DNA of 64,000 nt from an uncultured Victivallales bacterium (lineage in GTDB: Bacteria > Verrucomicrobiota > Lentisphaeria > Oligosphaerales > JABHEG01): assembly GCA_964607765.1 (NCBI GenBank), contig CAZSNT010000022.1, positions 12,189 through 76,188 of the forward strand, in the 5' to 3' direction. The notes under the pieces were generated by a model that saw only the letters and a program-made list of their open reading frames with translations, made no database searches and was not told the origin of the DNA. This document shows, piece by piece, positions 52,132 to 61,636 of this stretch. A program made the translations under genes and the position numbers. The number at the start of each line of letters is the position of its first letter. The stretch's first letter is position 1.

Positions 52132-54681
52132 TCAGAGCGCTGCCTGCCGGAGCAGCGACAGCCACAGCTCCCAGTACTCCTGCGTGAGATGGCCGTTGAC
52201 ATCTGCCAAATGCGCTGGCGCGGGATTGACCGTTAACGGCAGCTTGAGCTTGGAGCCGTCGGCGCGCCAGAACGTCCTGCCGCCGTCGTCCGAATAGGCG
52301 TAAACGCTGGAGTCGATGATCCTCACGTCCTGCCCCAACCCCCGGATGGGCAACTGCACGTGCATGCGGTTGGTCCGGTCGAATCTGATTCCCCAATTGG
52401 ATCGGCAGTAGTTGTAGAAGTGCGGTTGCCAGGCCCAGGCCAGAACTTCCGGGCCCGGCTCGGTCGGGACGGCGCCCCGGATCGCGCGGATAAGGTACTG
52501 CGCCCAGCCGGGGGCGTTGTGCTTCGCAGCGGCGATCACGTCGCAGGCATTGCCTCCCAACGCTGTCCAGCGGCGTGTCTCCGCATCGTAGCGGTACAGG
52601 CCCCAGCTCTGCCGCCCGGCCACATTCGTCCTGCCGTAGAGGAACAACTCCCGGTTGTTGTCCTGCGCGAAGTTCATGTAGTTGAGATACTCGGCCGGTA
52701 TGCGCCGGGCGCTCGCACGCTGCCCCACGAACTCGAACGAGTCGATGCTGTGGGGCTTCTCCGATACCCAGTAGAGCTGGCTTGGGAAAGCGTCATTCGT
52801 CCGGTCACGCGACAGCCCGATTCTCTCCCAGCTGCCGGGAATAAAGGCGCCGGGATTCGGCGCATTGTGCTGCCCGCCGGTGACGTGGACATACCCGTTC
52901 CGATCGACTGCGATCGACCAGGCGCGTACTTTGCCGTCAGTGCCGTCGAAGATGAACCTGTCACCTTCCAGGTAGACCTTCCTCGCCTTGCCGTCGCCAT
53001 CCGTCCTGGTGATCGGCGTCCGGTAGAGGTGAGGGTGATCGGCGCTTCGCCACGTTCGTACCTCGGGATACTCCCCCGCCAATGCCGCGACCACCTGCTC
53101 GTAATCAGCCACGGGTACTCTTTCGCATCCTTCCCATGCTATGCCTTTCCCGACCCTGTAAACGCGCCCGTCCGCCTCGGCGGCCGCGGAGTAGTCCCGC
53201 AGCTTGTACCAGCCGCGCTCATCCCGCTGTCGGTCGCCCTGCGAGAAGAAACGGTCACCGTGCTTGCTCGGCGCCAGGGCGCGGCAGCGGTCGAGTGCGT
53301 CCGGATAGCGGCCCTGTCCCACCAACGTCTGTACGTCTGCCAGATAGGGCTTGGCGAGGTCCATCGAGTCGAGCAGCGGCTTGGCCAGGGCGCGTCCGAC
53401 GACTGCGCGCGCCCGTGCATCCCTCGGATCGATGTCCAGCAGCGCCCGGATCAAGGCATTGCGCAGCACATCCTCGACGCGGGGCAGGCGCACGCCTTCC
53501 GGGTCCAGGACACCTTCGAGAGCCGCGATCAGCGTGGGCACGGCATCCCTGGCTTCCGCCTTCATTTCGGCCAGCGCCAAGGCACAGGCGGCGCGCTCCT
53601 CGCGCGGCGTGGTGTCGGCCTGGAGCATCTGAAGCAACCGCGGCATCGTTTCACGCAGGAGTACTCGCGCTCCTCCGTTACCGAGCTTCATCAGCAGGCG
53701 CGCCGCGGCCCGTCGCGTTTGCCGCTGCTCCAGAGAGCGGGCCAGGATGGGCAGCAGCACGCCGGAGACCGCGCGGAGCTCCTGCGTGTCTCGCTTGCCC
53801 AACTGCGCCAGCGCCCGACGTTGATCTCGCACCGGTACCATGAGCAGGTCGTCGAGGCGGACCTCACGGTTGTCGATGACGATTGCGCCCGCCTCACGTA
53901 CCCGGGGCCGCGTGTTGGGGCGGGTTGCCGCGGCCAGGCGCGCCACTTCTTCCGGCTTGAGCGCCCGGTCAAAAAGCACCAGATCCCGCACCGAACCGTT
54001 CAGTGAATTGGAGCCCGGCGGATGCAGCATCCACCAGTCCGCGCAACTGCCGACCAGGAGCGGCTGCTTCCTGCCTTCGAACGAGACATTGCCTGCTGTC
54101 TTCACCAGCTCGCCGTTCAGGTAGAGCTTGCCCGTTCCCCCCTCGCAGGTGTAAATCACGTGCTGCCACGCGTTGATTGCGATCGTGCACTTGCCCGCCT
54201 TGGAACCGATCGCGTCCGCCTTGCCGTTGCTGAGGACCTCGATTTCGTTCTCTTGCCGGATTCGCAGGATGACCGATGGACTGATCCACAGGCGGATGGG
54301 GTTCGCCATGCCCATGAAGAGCATGCCGTTGCGCCGATACGCGCCCCGGCGACTGAAGAGCCAGCCACCGATCGTGAAGGCTTCGCTCCGGTACGCTTCA
54401 TGCCCCGGTATCTCGGCCCACTGGAAGCCGCTGGTGTAGTTCAGCAGCCCGTGCTCCCAAGGCACGTGGTACACCTTGCCGTGATTGCCCTTGCCTGACC
54501 GGTCGTGCAGTGTCATGCCGGCTCCCTCGTCCGCCGGCCAATAGCCGATCGGCTGCAAGGCGAGAACGGGCTGGTGGCGGGCAATGGGCCGCGGCTGGGC
54601 TTCCGCTGCGAAGCCGTGCGGTCCGGCCGCCATGCCCGCGGCAAGAACAAGAACGTTGGAGATAGTGAGGGGTGCTTTCAT
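52132..54681 (-). CDS. Large secreted protein: LamG-like domain + HEAT-like repeats + BNR-like C-terminal region
   Basis: Signal peptide MKAPLTISNVLVLAAGMAAG. LamG-like LNGSVRDLVLFDRALKPEEV. Helical repeat middle region. An Asp-box-like SDDGGRTFW near the C-terminus. Confidence 0.7.
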   Translation of the reverse strand: MKAPLTISNVLVLAAGMAAGPHGFAAEAQPRPIARHQPVLALQPIGYWPADEGAGMTLHDRSGKGNHGKVYHVPWEHGLLNYTSGFQWAEIPGHEAYRSEAFTIGGWLFSRRGAYRRNGMLFMGMANPIRLWISPSVILRIRQENEIEVLSNGKADAIGSKAGKCTIAINAWQHVIYTCEGGTGKLYLNGELVKTAGNVSFEGRKQPLLVGSCADWWMLHPPGSNSLNGSVRDLVLFDRALKPEEVARLAAATRPNTRPRVREAGAIVIDNREVRLDDLLMVPVRDQRRALAQLGKRDTQELRAVSGVLLPILARSLEQRQTRRAAARLLMKLGNGGARVLLRETMPRLLQMLQADTTPREERAACALALAEMKAEARDAVPTLIAALEGVLDPEGVRLPRVEDVLRNALIRALLDIDPRDARARAVVGRALAKPLLDSMDLAKPYLADVQTLVGQGRYPDALDRCRALAPSKHGDRFFSQGDRQRDERGWYKLRDYSAAAEADGRVYRVGKGIAWEGCERVPVADYEQVVAALAGEYPEVRTWRSADHPHLYRTPITRTDGDGKARKVYLEGDRFIFDGTDGKVRAWSIAVDRNGYVHVTGGQHNAPNPGAFIPGSWERIGLSRDRTNDAFPSQLYWVSEKPHSIDSFEFVGQRASARRIPAEYLNYMNFAQDNNRELFLYGRTNVAGRQSWGLYRYDAETRRWTALGGNACDVIAAAKHNAPGWAQYLIRAIRGAVPTEPGPEVLAWAWQPHFYNYCRSNWGIRFDRTNRMHVQLPIRGLGQDVRIIDSSVYAYSDDGGRTFWRADGSKLKLPLTVNPAPAHLADVNGHLTQEYWELWLSLLRQAAL

Positions 54682-54787
54682 GATCTTCTCCCCGTCCTCT
54701 CTGCAGTTGCACCCAGGCCCGTGCAGGTCCCCAACAGTCGGATCCCGCTCACGAACCTGCTTGAGATGTTCTCGATACGCACTATAT

Positions 54788-56158
54788 GTGCTGCATCAAA
54801 CCTGGGAAAGGAACGCCATCATTAACAAAGAGCAGTCCCCCAACGTCCTCGTATTGATGACCGATCAGCACCAGGCGCAGGCACTGCACTGTGCCGGGCA
54901 CCCCGACGTGTCAACGCCGAATCTGGATGAGTTCGCGGAAACGGCGTACCGGTTCGACCACGCCTATTGTCTCGCCCCGGTCTGTGTCGCCTCCCGCGGT
55001 TCGCTGATCACCGGGCTGCGCCCGAGCGCGCACGGCGCCCGTCTACTGTGCGAGGCCCTCGACGACGGCATCCCGACCATCGCCCATCATTTCGCCCGGG
55101 CCGGCTACCGGACAGCTGCCATCGGGCGCATGCACTTTGTCGACGAGTCGCGACGACATGGGTTCCGGCACCGCGTGAACGAAGACGATTTCCGCGCCAC
55201 GCTCAGCCCCGACGACCTCGAGCAGATCCGCTCCTGCAGACGCAACACGGGCAGCGTCGACGGCGCGCCGTCCGACTTGCCGGCACGTCTTTGGCAGGAT
55301 ACCTACTACGCTGACGAGACAATCCGGTTTCTGCAGACCGCCCGGGACACGGACCAACCGTTCCTGCTGTGGTCGTCCTACTTCAATCCGCACACGCCAC
55401 TCACGCCGATGCGCGAGTATTTCGATCTCTACGATCCGGCCCGCCTCACGCTTCCCGACCGACGCACCGACGCGTTGCGGCACGGCTTCGAGGGTCACCT
55501 GATCCGTGCCCGCGAACGCGGCTGGTACGACCAGACGGAAGCGGCGCTCAGGCGCAGCCTGGCCGGTTACTACGGGAACGTCAGCCAGGTCGATGCCTGC
55601 ATCGGCCGCGTACTCTCCGTGCTGCGGCAGACTGGGCTGGACCGGGACACAATCGTCGTCTACACCAGCGACCACGGCGAGATGGCCGGCGCCCATCGCA
55701 TGTGGACCAAACACAACATGCACGAGCAGTCGGTCAACGTCCCCTTGCTCATCCGCGTGCCGGGCACGGCAGATACCGGGACCGTGTGTCCGCACCTGAT
55801 TTCCCAAGTGGATCTCTACCCCGCTTTGGCCGAGCTCTGCGGGCTCCCCGCACCGACCGGCGTGCACGGGCGCAGCTTCGCACCGCTACTCACCGGCGGC
55901 GCATACACGGCGCGCGATGCCGTCGTGGCGCAGTATGACTTCTGTCACAAAGTCTTCACCAAGGATGATCGCTACGTCGGCCGCGATCCGATCCGGATGA
56001 TCCGCACGCAACGCTGGAAACTGAACGAACTGAGCTGGGCGAAGAGCGAGCTGTACGACTTGCAGAACGATCCCGCGGAACATGTCAACCGGGTCGATGA
56101 CCCGGGGCTGGCGGACGTCGTCGCCGAACTCAGAGCAAGACTCTCGAGTGCGTTCTGA
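54788..56158 (+). CDS. Sulfatase (arylsulfatase A family), C-x-A-x-R active-site variant, no signal peptide
   Basis: PNVLVLMTDQH and CVASRGSLITG (C-x-A-x-R-x4-TG). The only in-frame start that retains the conserved N-terminus is GTG 54788. Confidence 0.82.
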   Translation: MLHQTWERNAIINKEQSPNVLVLMTDQHQAQALHCAGHPDVSTPNLDEFAETAYRFDHAYCLAPVCVASRGSLITGLRPSAHGARLLCEALDDGIPTIAHHFARAGYRTAAIGRMHFVDESRRHGFRHRVNEDDFRATLSPDDLEQIRSCRRNTGSVDGAPSDLPARLWQDTYYADETIRFLQTARDTDQPFLLWSSYFNPHTPLTPMREYFDLYDPARLTLPDRRTDALRHGFEGHLIRARERGWYDQTEAALRRSLAGYYGNVSQVDACIGRVLSVLRQTGLDRDTIVVYTSDHGEMAGAHRMWTKHNMHEQSVNVPLLIRVPGTADTGTVCPHLISQVDLYPALAELCGLPAPTGVHGRSFAPLLTGGAYTARDAVVAQYDFCHKVFTKDDRYVGRDPIRMIRTQRWKLNELSWAKSELYDLQNDPAEHVNRVDDPGLADVVAELRARLSSAF

Positions 56159-56312
56159 CTCGCTGCCGGACCGCTCACCCGCCCCTCTCATGTTGAATTC
56201 CGCGCTGCCCCCGGCAAACCGCTCCCGCAGCGCTGAGACGAGCGCGTTCGGAAGCTCGGGCAGGAGCTGCGATCCCCGTGCGGCCCAATGGTCTCGTACG
56301 GATCATGTGTCT

Positions 56313-56891
56313 TCACTCCCCCGCGTCGCCGCCGTCGCCCCCGGTAAACAGCCGCGTGAGCTGCCACAGCGGCAGCCCCGTCCGCCTCAACACGCTCCGG
56401 CCCGGGCGCTTCAGGAAACACGTCACGCCCACATCGCCGCGTTCCATCCAGAAACACTCCCAGCGCTCCTGCCCCAATTCGTTCAGGCGCTGCTCCGCCC
56501 CGGCAGTATCCCGTGATTCCAGCACGACTGTCTTGTACTCCCACGTCCCGATCTTCTTCAGATCCTCCTTCACCCACTCGCTCACCGTAGCAGGGACCTT
56601 CTCACCCGAGCGTTTCGCCTGTTCATACAGCTCATTGATTCTCCGGCTGATCTTCTTCCGGTCATACAGCTCCTTGACTCTCTGCAGTGCGCCGCTCTTC
56701 TCCTCCTGCTCTTGCACGGCCGGCGTGTCGACGGCCGTGTCCCTGCCGACATTCCCCGTCCCGGGATCCTCCCGACCCTCGGCCGCCACCGCAAACACGA
56801 GCAATCCCAACACAACCGAAACAAGCCCTCTGCCACTCTTCATCCGACTCTTCATCCGACTCTTCATCCCGCTCTTCATCCCACTCTTCAT
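56313..56891 (-). CDS. Secreted DUF4177-like protein with repeat-encoded N-terminus (MKS[G/R] x5)
   Basis: Hydrophobic signal core LVSVVLGLLVFAVAA. The C-terminal GTWEYKTVVLE...LNELGQERWE resembles DUF4177. Five in-frame ATGs at 12-nt spacing. The start is placed at the most upstream (56891), which is uncertain. Confidence 0.6.
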   Translation of the reverse strand: MKSGMKSGMKSRMKSRMKSGRGLVSVVLGLLVFAVAAEGREDPGTGNVGRDTAVDTPAVQEQEEKSGALQRVKELYDRKKISRRINELYEQAKRSGEKVPATVSEWVKEDLKKIGTWEYKTVVLESRDTAGAEQRLNELGQERWECFWMERGDVGVTCFLKRPGRSVLRRTGLPLWQLTRLFTGGDGGDAGE

Positions 56892-56907
56892 CCCACTCTT
56901 GCTCCCT
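56836..56907 (-). repeat. 12-bp tandem repeat (5-6 units) inside the 5' end of the DUF4177-like gene
   Basis: ctcttcatccga x2, ctcttcatcccg, ctcttcatccca x2, ctcttgctccct. The mRNA sense is ATGAAGAG(T/C)(G/C)GG. Confidence 0.92.
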
Positions 56908-56970
56908 GACTCCGATTCCGGCTCACAGCCACTCCTGATCCCGTGCTCGATCCCGCTCGTGGTCAACTCT

Positions 56971-57489
56971 TCATCCCTGGCCACTCGCCCCGAATCCCTT
57001 ATGAAACGTGACGCTGCCCTGCGGGAACTGCCCACCAAACGACAGCGCGAAAAACGCCTCCTGCGGCACCCCCTCGCACACAAACCCCGGCACATTCCGG
57101 AATCCGAACTTAGGGTAATAATCCGGATGCCCCACCACACAGCAGCCTCGAGCACTCAATGCCCGCAGCTGTAGCAGTCCTGCCTCCACCAGCGCCTTGC
57201 CGATCCCCTTCCGTTGATGCTCAGGCAACACTGACACGGGACCAAGCCCGTACCAGTCCCGCGTGCCGTCCTCAATGCTCACGGCCGAGAACGCAATATG
57301 CCCCACCACCCGGCCATCCAGCTCCGCGACCAGCGACACCGTAAGCGCCCCGGCCGCACGCAGCGCCTCGATGATGAACTGCTCCGTGTGCTCGCTGATC
57401 GCCAGCGTCTTGAACGCCGCGACAGTCACCTCGGCTATCGAGTCAACATCGGCAGCTGTCTCATCCCTGACGACTATCTCCGGGTCCAT
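56971..57489 (-). CDS. GNAT family N-acetyltransferase
   Basis: The QRKGIGKALV acetyl-CoA binding motif and typical length. The start is taken at MDPEIVV. Confidence 0.85.
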   Translation of the reverse strand: MDPEIVVRDETAADVDSIAEVTVAAFKTLAISEHTEQFIIEALRAAGALTVSLVAELDGRVVGHIAFSAVSIEDGTRDWYGLGPVSVLPEHQRKGIGKALVEAGLLQLRALSARGCCVVGHPDYYPKFGFRNVPGFVCEGVPQEAFFALSFGGQFPQGSVTFHKGFGASGQG

Positions 57490-57534
57490 ACAAGCGTGCT
57501 CCATTCAATTCCTCAATCACCGTATGCTTCGACA

Positions 57535-58728
57535 TCACAGGAGCTGTGACAGGAAGGTGCGCGCCGGCACAACGGTGGGAGAGGTGCGCGCGAAGCAGTC
57601 TGCCTCGATGTGGGGAAGGTCGAGGACCACCTGGAACGCGTGGGCTGCATCGGTCTGTTCCTGGAAATAGGCCAGTTGCGGGGATAGGCGTGTGTCAGCG
57701 ACCTTGACCTCAACGAGGAACCAAGGCTCTCCATCCTTTACCACCAGAAAATCGACCTCACGTTTGCGTTTGTCACGTACGTAACGCAGGTCAAATGTGC
57801 CCAGTCCCAAGTCCGTCCACCCTTCAACCGCCTTGAGCAGGTGGCAGGCAACGATGGTCTCCGCGCGCTGCCCGGTGTCGTCGATCACCGACCAATCGCG
57901 TAGAAACCACTTCGGCTCTTTGCGCAGAGCGGAACTGACGTTCCGGAACCACGGACGGACCAGGAACCCGATATGCAGGGCACAGAGCGCTTCGACCCAC
58001 GCCTTGGCCGTGTTGGGCGCCACCCCGACGTCCCGCGCCAGGTTGGAAACCGTGAGTTGCTGCCCACTGCGTTCGGCAAGGAGCACTCCCATGACCTCAA
58101 CCAGCGCAACGTCCTGGATGCGTGTCAGGTCACGCACATCCTCTTTGAACAGCTGAGCGTGACGCAGGCGCTGCCAACGCCGCGAAAAGCGGTCACTTGC
58201 CGACAGCATCGGCTCAGGAAAGCCGCCGAACCTCAACAGCGCCCCCCAGGCTGCATCGTCGATGGCAGACGGCTCCCGGATCGGGTTGTCACCGGGCAGA
58301 TCGGTCCGCCCCAGCTCCGCGACCGAGAAGGGGTGCATGCGGTAGAGGAAATAGCGGCCCATCAAGCTGTCTCCACCACGACGGTAGACATCCAGGCGGG
58401 ACGAGCCGGTGACCACGATGCGGCAGTCTGCTTCATTGGTATCAAAGAAGCCCTTCAGGAAGTTCTTCCAGCGTGGGTACTTGTGCAGTTCATCAAAGAC
58501 AAGGACGGGCCGCTCGGGGGCCAGTCGAGTCAGATTGCAGGCTGCTGCGACGGCATCAGTGCCTGCCACAATCAGCCGCTGGTCTGAAGATGCATCCCAA
58601 TCCAGGTATGTAGCCGCGAGAGTCCGGCAGGTTGTGGTCTTCCCGACCTGCTTGGGACCGGCCACGAACGCCATCTGCCTGAGCGCCTCCAAGTGCTCAC
58701 TGAGCATACTGTCATAGATTCGTTTCAT
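57535..58728 (-). CDS. AAA+ ATPase with DUF4143 (AAA_14 family ATP-binding protein)
   Basis: GPKQVGKTT Walker A, VFDELHK Walker B, and a C-terminal DUF4143-like region ending in an REVDFLV nuclease-like motif. Confidence 0.85.
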   Translation of the reverse strand: MKRIYDSMLSEHLEALRQMAFVAGPKQVGKTTTCRTLAATYLDWDASSDQRLIVAGTDAVAAACNLTRLAPERPVLVFDELHKYPRWKNFLKGFFDTNEADCRIVVTGSSRLDVYRRGGDSLMGRYFLYRMHPFSVAELGRTDLPGDNPIREPSAIDDAAWGALLRFGGFPEPMLSASDRFSRRWQRLRHAQLFKEDVRDLTRIQDVALVEVMGVLLAERSGQQLTVSNLARDVGVAPNTAKAWVEALCALHIGFLVRPWFRNVSSALRKEPKWFLRDWSVIDDTGQRAETIVACHLLKAVEGWTDLGLGTFDLRYVRDKRKREVDFLVVKDGEPWFLVEVKVADTRLSPQLAYFQEQTDAAHAFQVVLDLPHIEADCFARTSPTVVPARTFLSQLL

Positions 58729-58943
58729 TGTCAACCAAAATAACTGGTTCTGCAAAACAGTCAATGCCAAACCGCAGACAAGTGCAAAATGGTTCGCGAC
58801 TTGCAGCCCACCCGTCCCATGCTATTGTCAAGGGATGGCTGGGAAGGAGCCGGCAACGACCCTTGACGGGCAGGGCTTACACGGCAACATGCGGCCAGTG
58901 TCGCAGGCCAGACCAGACGAACGCCCTTAGGAGAACACGCCCC

Positions 58944-59480
58944 ATGAAGAACGTTAAGTATCTCGGACACCCAGCGCTTGTGGCCATTCTGGCAGGTTTC
59001 ATGCAGTTCCTGGACATGAAGATCGGGTTGTTCTGTGCGTGGGCCGGCTTTGCGGCATGGGCCTGCTACTTCCTGGCCGGCTGCAATCCGAAGGGCGGGG
59101 CGAAGGTCATCGGGTGCTGGATCGGTGGTGTCGTTGGCGCAATCGCCATCATCGAACTCGGGACCAGACTCTCGGGCTCGATGCCTGCAACGGTAGGTTT
59201 CCCGATAGCCGTGGCCATCATCGCGTTCTTCGTCATCTGTTTCGAGAAAGTCCCGGCGCTCGACATGATCCCCGCCTGGTTCGTGGGCGCCGCCTGTTTC
59301 TTCGGCTACAACACGATCGTCGAGGGCAAGTACGGTATCTCCGCACCGACGATCCTGATCTCCTGCGTTGTGGGCCAGATCTTCGGCTTCGTAACCGTTC
59401 TGCTGAGAACCAAGTACGCGGAAATCGTCGAAGGCGCGGGCCAGCAGGAAGAGGCGGCGCCCCAGCCAGCTGAGCAGTAA
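58944..59480 (+). CDS. DUF1097-like integral membrane protein
   Basis: Four to five TM helices. ATG 58944 is preceded by AGGAGA. Family assigned from memory. Confidence 0.7.
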   Translation: MKNVKYLGHPALVAILAGFMQFLDMKIGLFCAWAGFAAWACYFLAGCNPKGGAKVIGCWIGGVVGAIAIIELGTRLSGSMPATVGFPIAVAIIAFFVICFEKVPALDMIPAWFVGAACFFGYNTIVEGKYGISAPTILISCVVGQIFGFVTVLLRTKYAEIVEGAGQQEEAAPQPAEQ

Positions 59481-59616
59481 TCGACAAGCTCAGTACAGGA
59501 ATCCTGCCAGTTGGAGTGGAATCCGGTTGCCGCTCGTGTGAGGCGTGCGTGGCGTGGAGCTCGTGGAGGTCCACGGCCAGATGCCCAGTGTGGAAGTCAA
59601 AATGCCCAGATATTGA

Positions 59617-60018
59617 CTAGTACACCGGGCAAATCGAGCGACGGCATGTCGAGTGCAGGGGAGAGGGATGACAGCTGACGGCCCCTACTTCCCACAGCAC
59701 TTCTTGTACTTCCTGCCCGACTCGCACGGGCACGGCTCGTTGCGGCCGATCTTGCGTGCCGGCCGGACCGGTCCCCGTGCCCACGCCGCGTACGGCAAAC
59801 CCGAACACCGTCGGCATGGTGTGAGACACGAACTCGGACGGTGAGAGTTCTCGGCTGTCGAGGCGGTTGATGTCGCGACGCAACTGGTCAGCGAGATACG
59901 GCGGCAGCGGCCCGACCGGGTGTTCCTGCACCACGCGCTGCACTTCCGCGGGACTCAGCAGCAACCCGATGTGCCGAAGGCTCTCCCACCAGGATTGGTT
60001 GTTGGTTGAGTGGTTCAC
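59617..60018 (-). pseudogene. Small ORF (N-terminal [17 protein letters not shown] region) whose probable SEC-C zinc-motif C-terminus is in another frame; likely frameshifted or a remnant
   Basis: The track ORF becomes low-complexity after ...MPTVFGF. A different frame reads [24 protein letters not shown]-stop at 59685-59759. Confidence 0.4.
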
Positions 60019-60029
60019 GTCTTAGCGGT

Positions 60030-61172
60030 TCACGGTTCAGGCGGTCCCTGGTCTCCCAGTTCTTCACCCCACTGCATGAGGCGCTGTCGCAACAGCGCCT
60101 TATCGGGCAGGTAGAGTTGGTACTCTTTGGCGAAGATTGCCGACTGTCCCTCGGGCAGCGTGAGTTCGACCAGCGCATCGTTTTGTGTCTTGCAGAGGAT
60201 GATGCCCACGGTCGGGTTCTCGTCTTCGAGCTTGACGTGACGGTCGAAGTAGTTGACGTACATCTGCATCTGGCCGAGGTCCTGATGCGTGAGTTTCTCG
60301 CGCTTCAGGTCGATCAGCACGTAGCAGCGCAGCAGGCGATTGTAGAAGACCAAGTCAACGTAGAAATGGTCGTCATCAAACGTGAAACGCCTCTGCCGGG
60401 CCTCGAAGAGAAATCCCTTGCCCAGTTCGAGCAGGAAGTGCTCGAGCTTGTCGATGAGGGCTGTCTCGAGTTGGTGTTCGGAGTAGGATGCCTTCTCGTC
60501 CAGCCCCAGAAACTCTAGTACATAGGGACTCTTGATGATGTCTGCAGGGGTGCCGACGAGGTGTCCCTTCTCGGCGAGTTCCCTCACTTCCGCTTTGTCC
60601 CGACTCAGCGCAAGCCGCTCATACAGGGACGACGCAATCTGGCGCTTGAGTTCTCGCACGCTCCAGCTGTTCTCGACGGCTTCGATCTCGTAGAACCGCC
60701 GCTCGTCTGCGTTGCGGATCGTGAGCAGCGTCACGTAGTGCGACCAGCCGAGGGAGAAGCGAGTCGCCAGCTCACCTGACAGTCGTGTGACCATCTCCTG
60801 CCGCCCGGTAAGCGCAGGAGGGGATGTGGCAGACGCTGTCTGTTGAATCTGCTCCGGGGCCGCAACGAGAGGAGATTCAACAGACAGTGTCTGTCGAATG
60901 TCCGGATAGGCCTGGTAGAACTCGCGGCACTTGCGGAGATTCGTTGGAGAACAGCCTCGTACCCCGGCTTCCTTCAGAGCTCGGGAAAGGCGATCAACCA
61001 GCTCCTTCCCGTAGAGCTCAGCCCGCTGAGCAGCCCCACCTTCATACTCCACAACGTACCAGCCGAACAGCCAGTTCCGCACCACCAGTGCGGTGTCCAC
61101 TGACTTCGCCGCACGCGCCTGGAGTTCGATGTGCGTGCGCTGGAACAGCACGATGAGTTGCTCAAAGGTCAT
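60030..61172 (-). CDS. yhcG: PDDEXK nuclease, YhcG/DUF1016 family
   Basis: N-terminal DUF1016 helical region, and a C-terminal ...YVDLVFYNRLLRCYVLIDLKREKLTHQDLGQMQMYV PD-(D/E)xK core. Confidence 0.85.
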   Translation of the reverse strand: MTFEQLIVLFQRTHIELQARAAKSVDTALVVRNWLFGWYVVEYEGGAAQRAELYGKELVDRLSRALKEAGVRGCSPTNLRKCREFYQAYPDIRQTLSVESPLVAAPEQIQQTASATSPPALTGRQEMVTRLSGELATRFSLGWSHYVTLLTIRNADERRFYEIEAVENSWSVRELKRQIASSLYERLALSRDKAEVRELAEKGHLVGTPADIIKSPYVLEFLGLDEKASYSEHQLETALIDKLEHFLLELGKGFLFEARQRRFTFDDDHFYVDLVFYNRLLRCYVLIDLKREKLTHQDLGQMQMYVNYFDRHVKLEDENPTVGIILCKTQNDALVELTLPEGQSAIFAKEYQLYLPDKALLRQRLMQWGEELGDQGPPEP

Positions 61173-61636
61173 GATGACGAATCCGCTTTCCCCTGCGGAA
61201 AGGTGATCTCCACAGCCACCGGCATGACCTGTGGTATCCCTCGCATTGTGTGGCGTTTTGGGATGACGTGGTCAAGTATTCGCTCGCGCTCTCGGCTCAA
61301 CTGATCCCGAAGTTCTTCATAGTGGAGCTGGCGACGCCTGAGTTCGGTCTCTTTCGCCTCGATATCCCGGTCCAGGCTGTCGAAGACCTGCTGCTGATCG
61401 AAGAGCAGTCCGTGCTGTTTGCGGGTTCGGAGCTCAGCGATTTCTCTCTCCAGCCGCGCCATGCCCGTGGCGGCAATGAGCTCTGAGACCTCGCCATGCC
61501 GACCTTGGTAGCGCGCGTTCTCGTGGTCGTGCGCCGTCTGGCGGTCAATAACGGCAGACCGGAGTGACACAATGAGTGCAAGGAGGCAATCCCTGGGAAT
61601 CCTCCTGCTCGGCCTGGGTACGGCCGCGTCCCGCAT
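61169..61636 (-). CDS. Hypothetical coiled-coil protein, possibly the 3' remnant of a larger gene
   Basis: The coiled-coil segment and the ...ILDHVIPKRHTMRGIPQVMPVAVEITFP tail look like the conserved C-terminus of a larger protein that I cannot name. It is preceded in frame by a single TGA. Confidence 0.35.
   Translation of the reverse strand: MRDAAVPRPSRRIPRDCLLALIVSLRSAVIDRQTAHDHENARYQGRHGEVSELIAATGMARLEREIAELRTRKQHGLLFDQQQVFDSLDRDIEAKETELRRRQLHYEELRDQLSRERERILDHVIPKRHTMRGIPQVMPVAVEITFPQGKADSSS

Noticed and set aside
54584-54787. An N-terminal extension of the sulfatase ORF (track start 54584).
   Set aside because: It overlaps the 5' end of the divergent 849-aa gene and the promoter region. 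The translation (MGRGWASAAKPCGPAAMPAARTRT...) has no signal-peptide or sulfatase character.
56278-57174. A 298-aa plus-strand ORF and a 280-aa minus-strand ORF span the DUF4177-like and GNAT genes.
   Set aside because: The plus-strand ORF is antisense junk. The minus-strand ORF's upstream ~90 codons overlap the 3' end of the GNAT gene out of frame. I truncated it to the repeat-encoded Met cluster that precedes the signal peptide.
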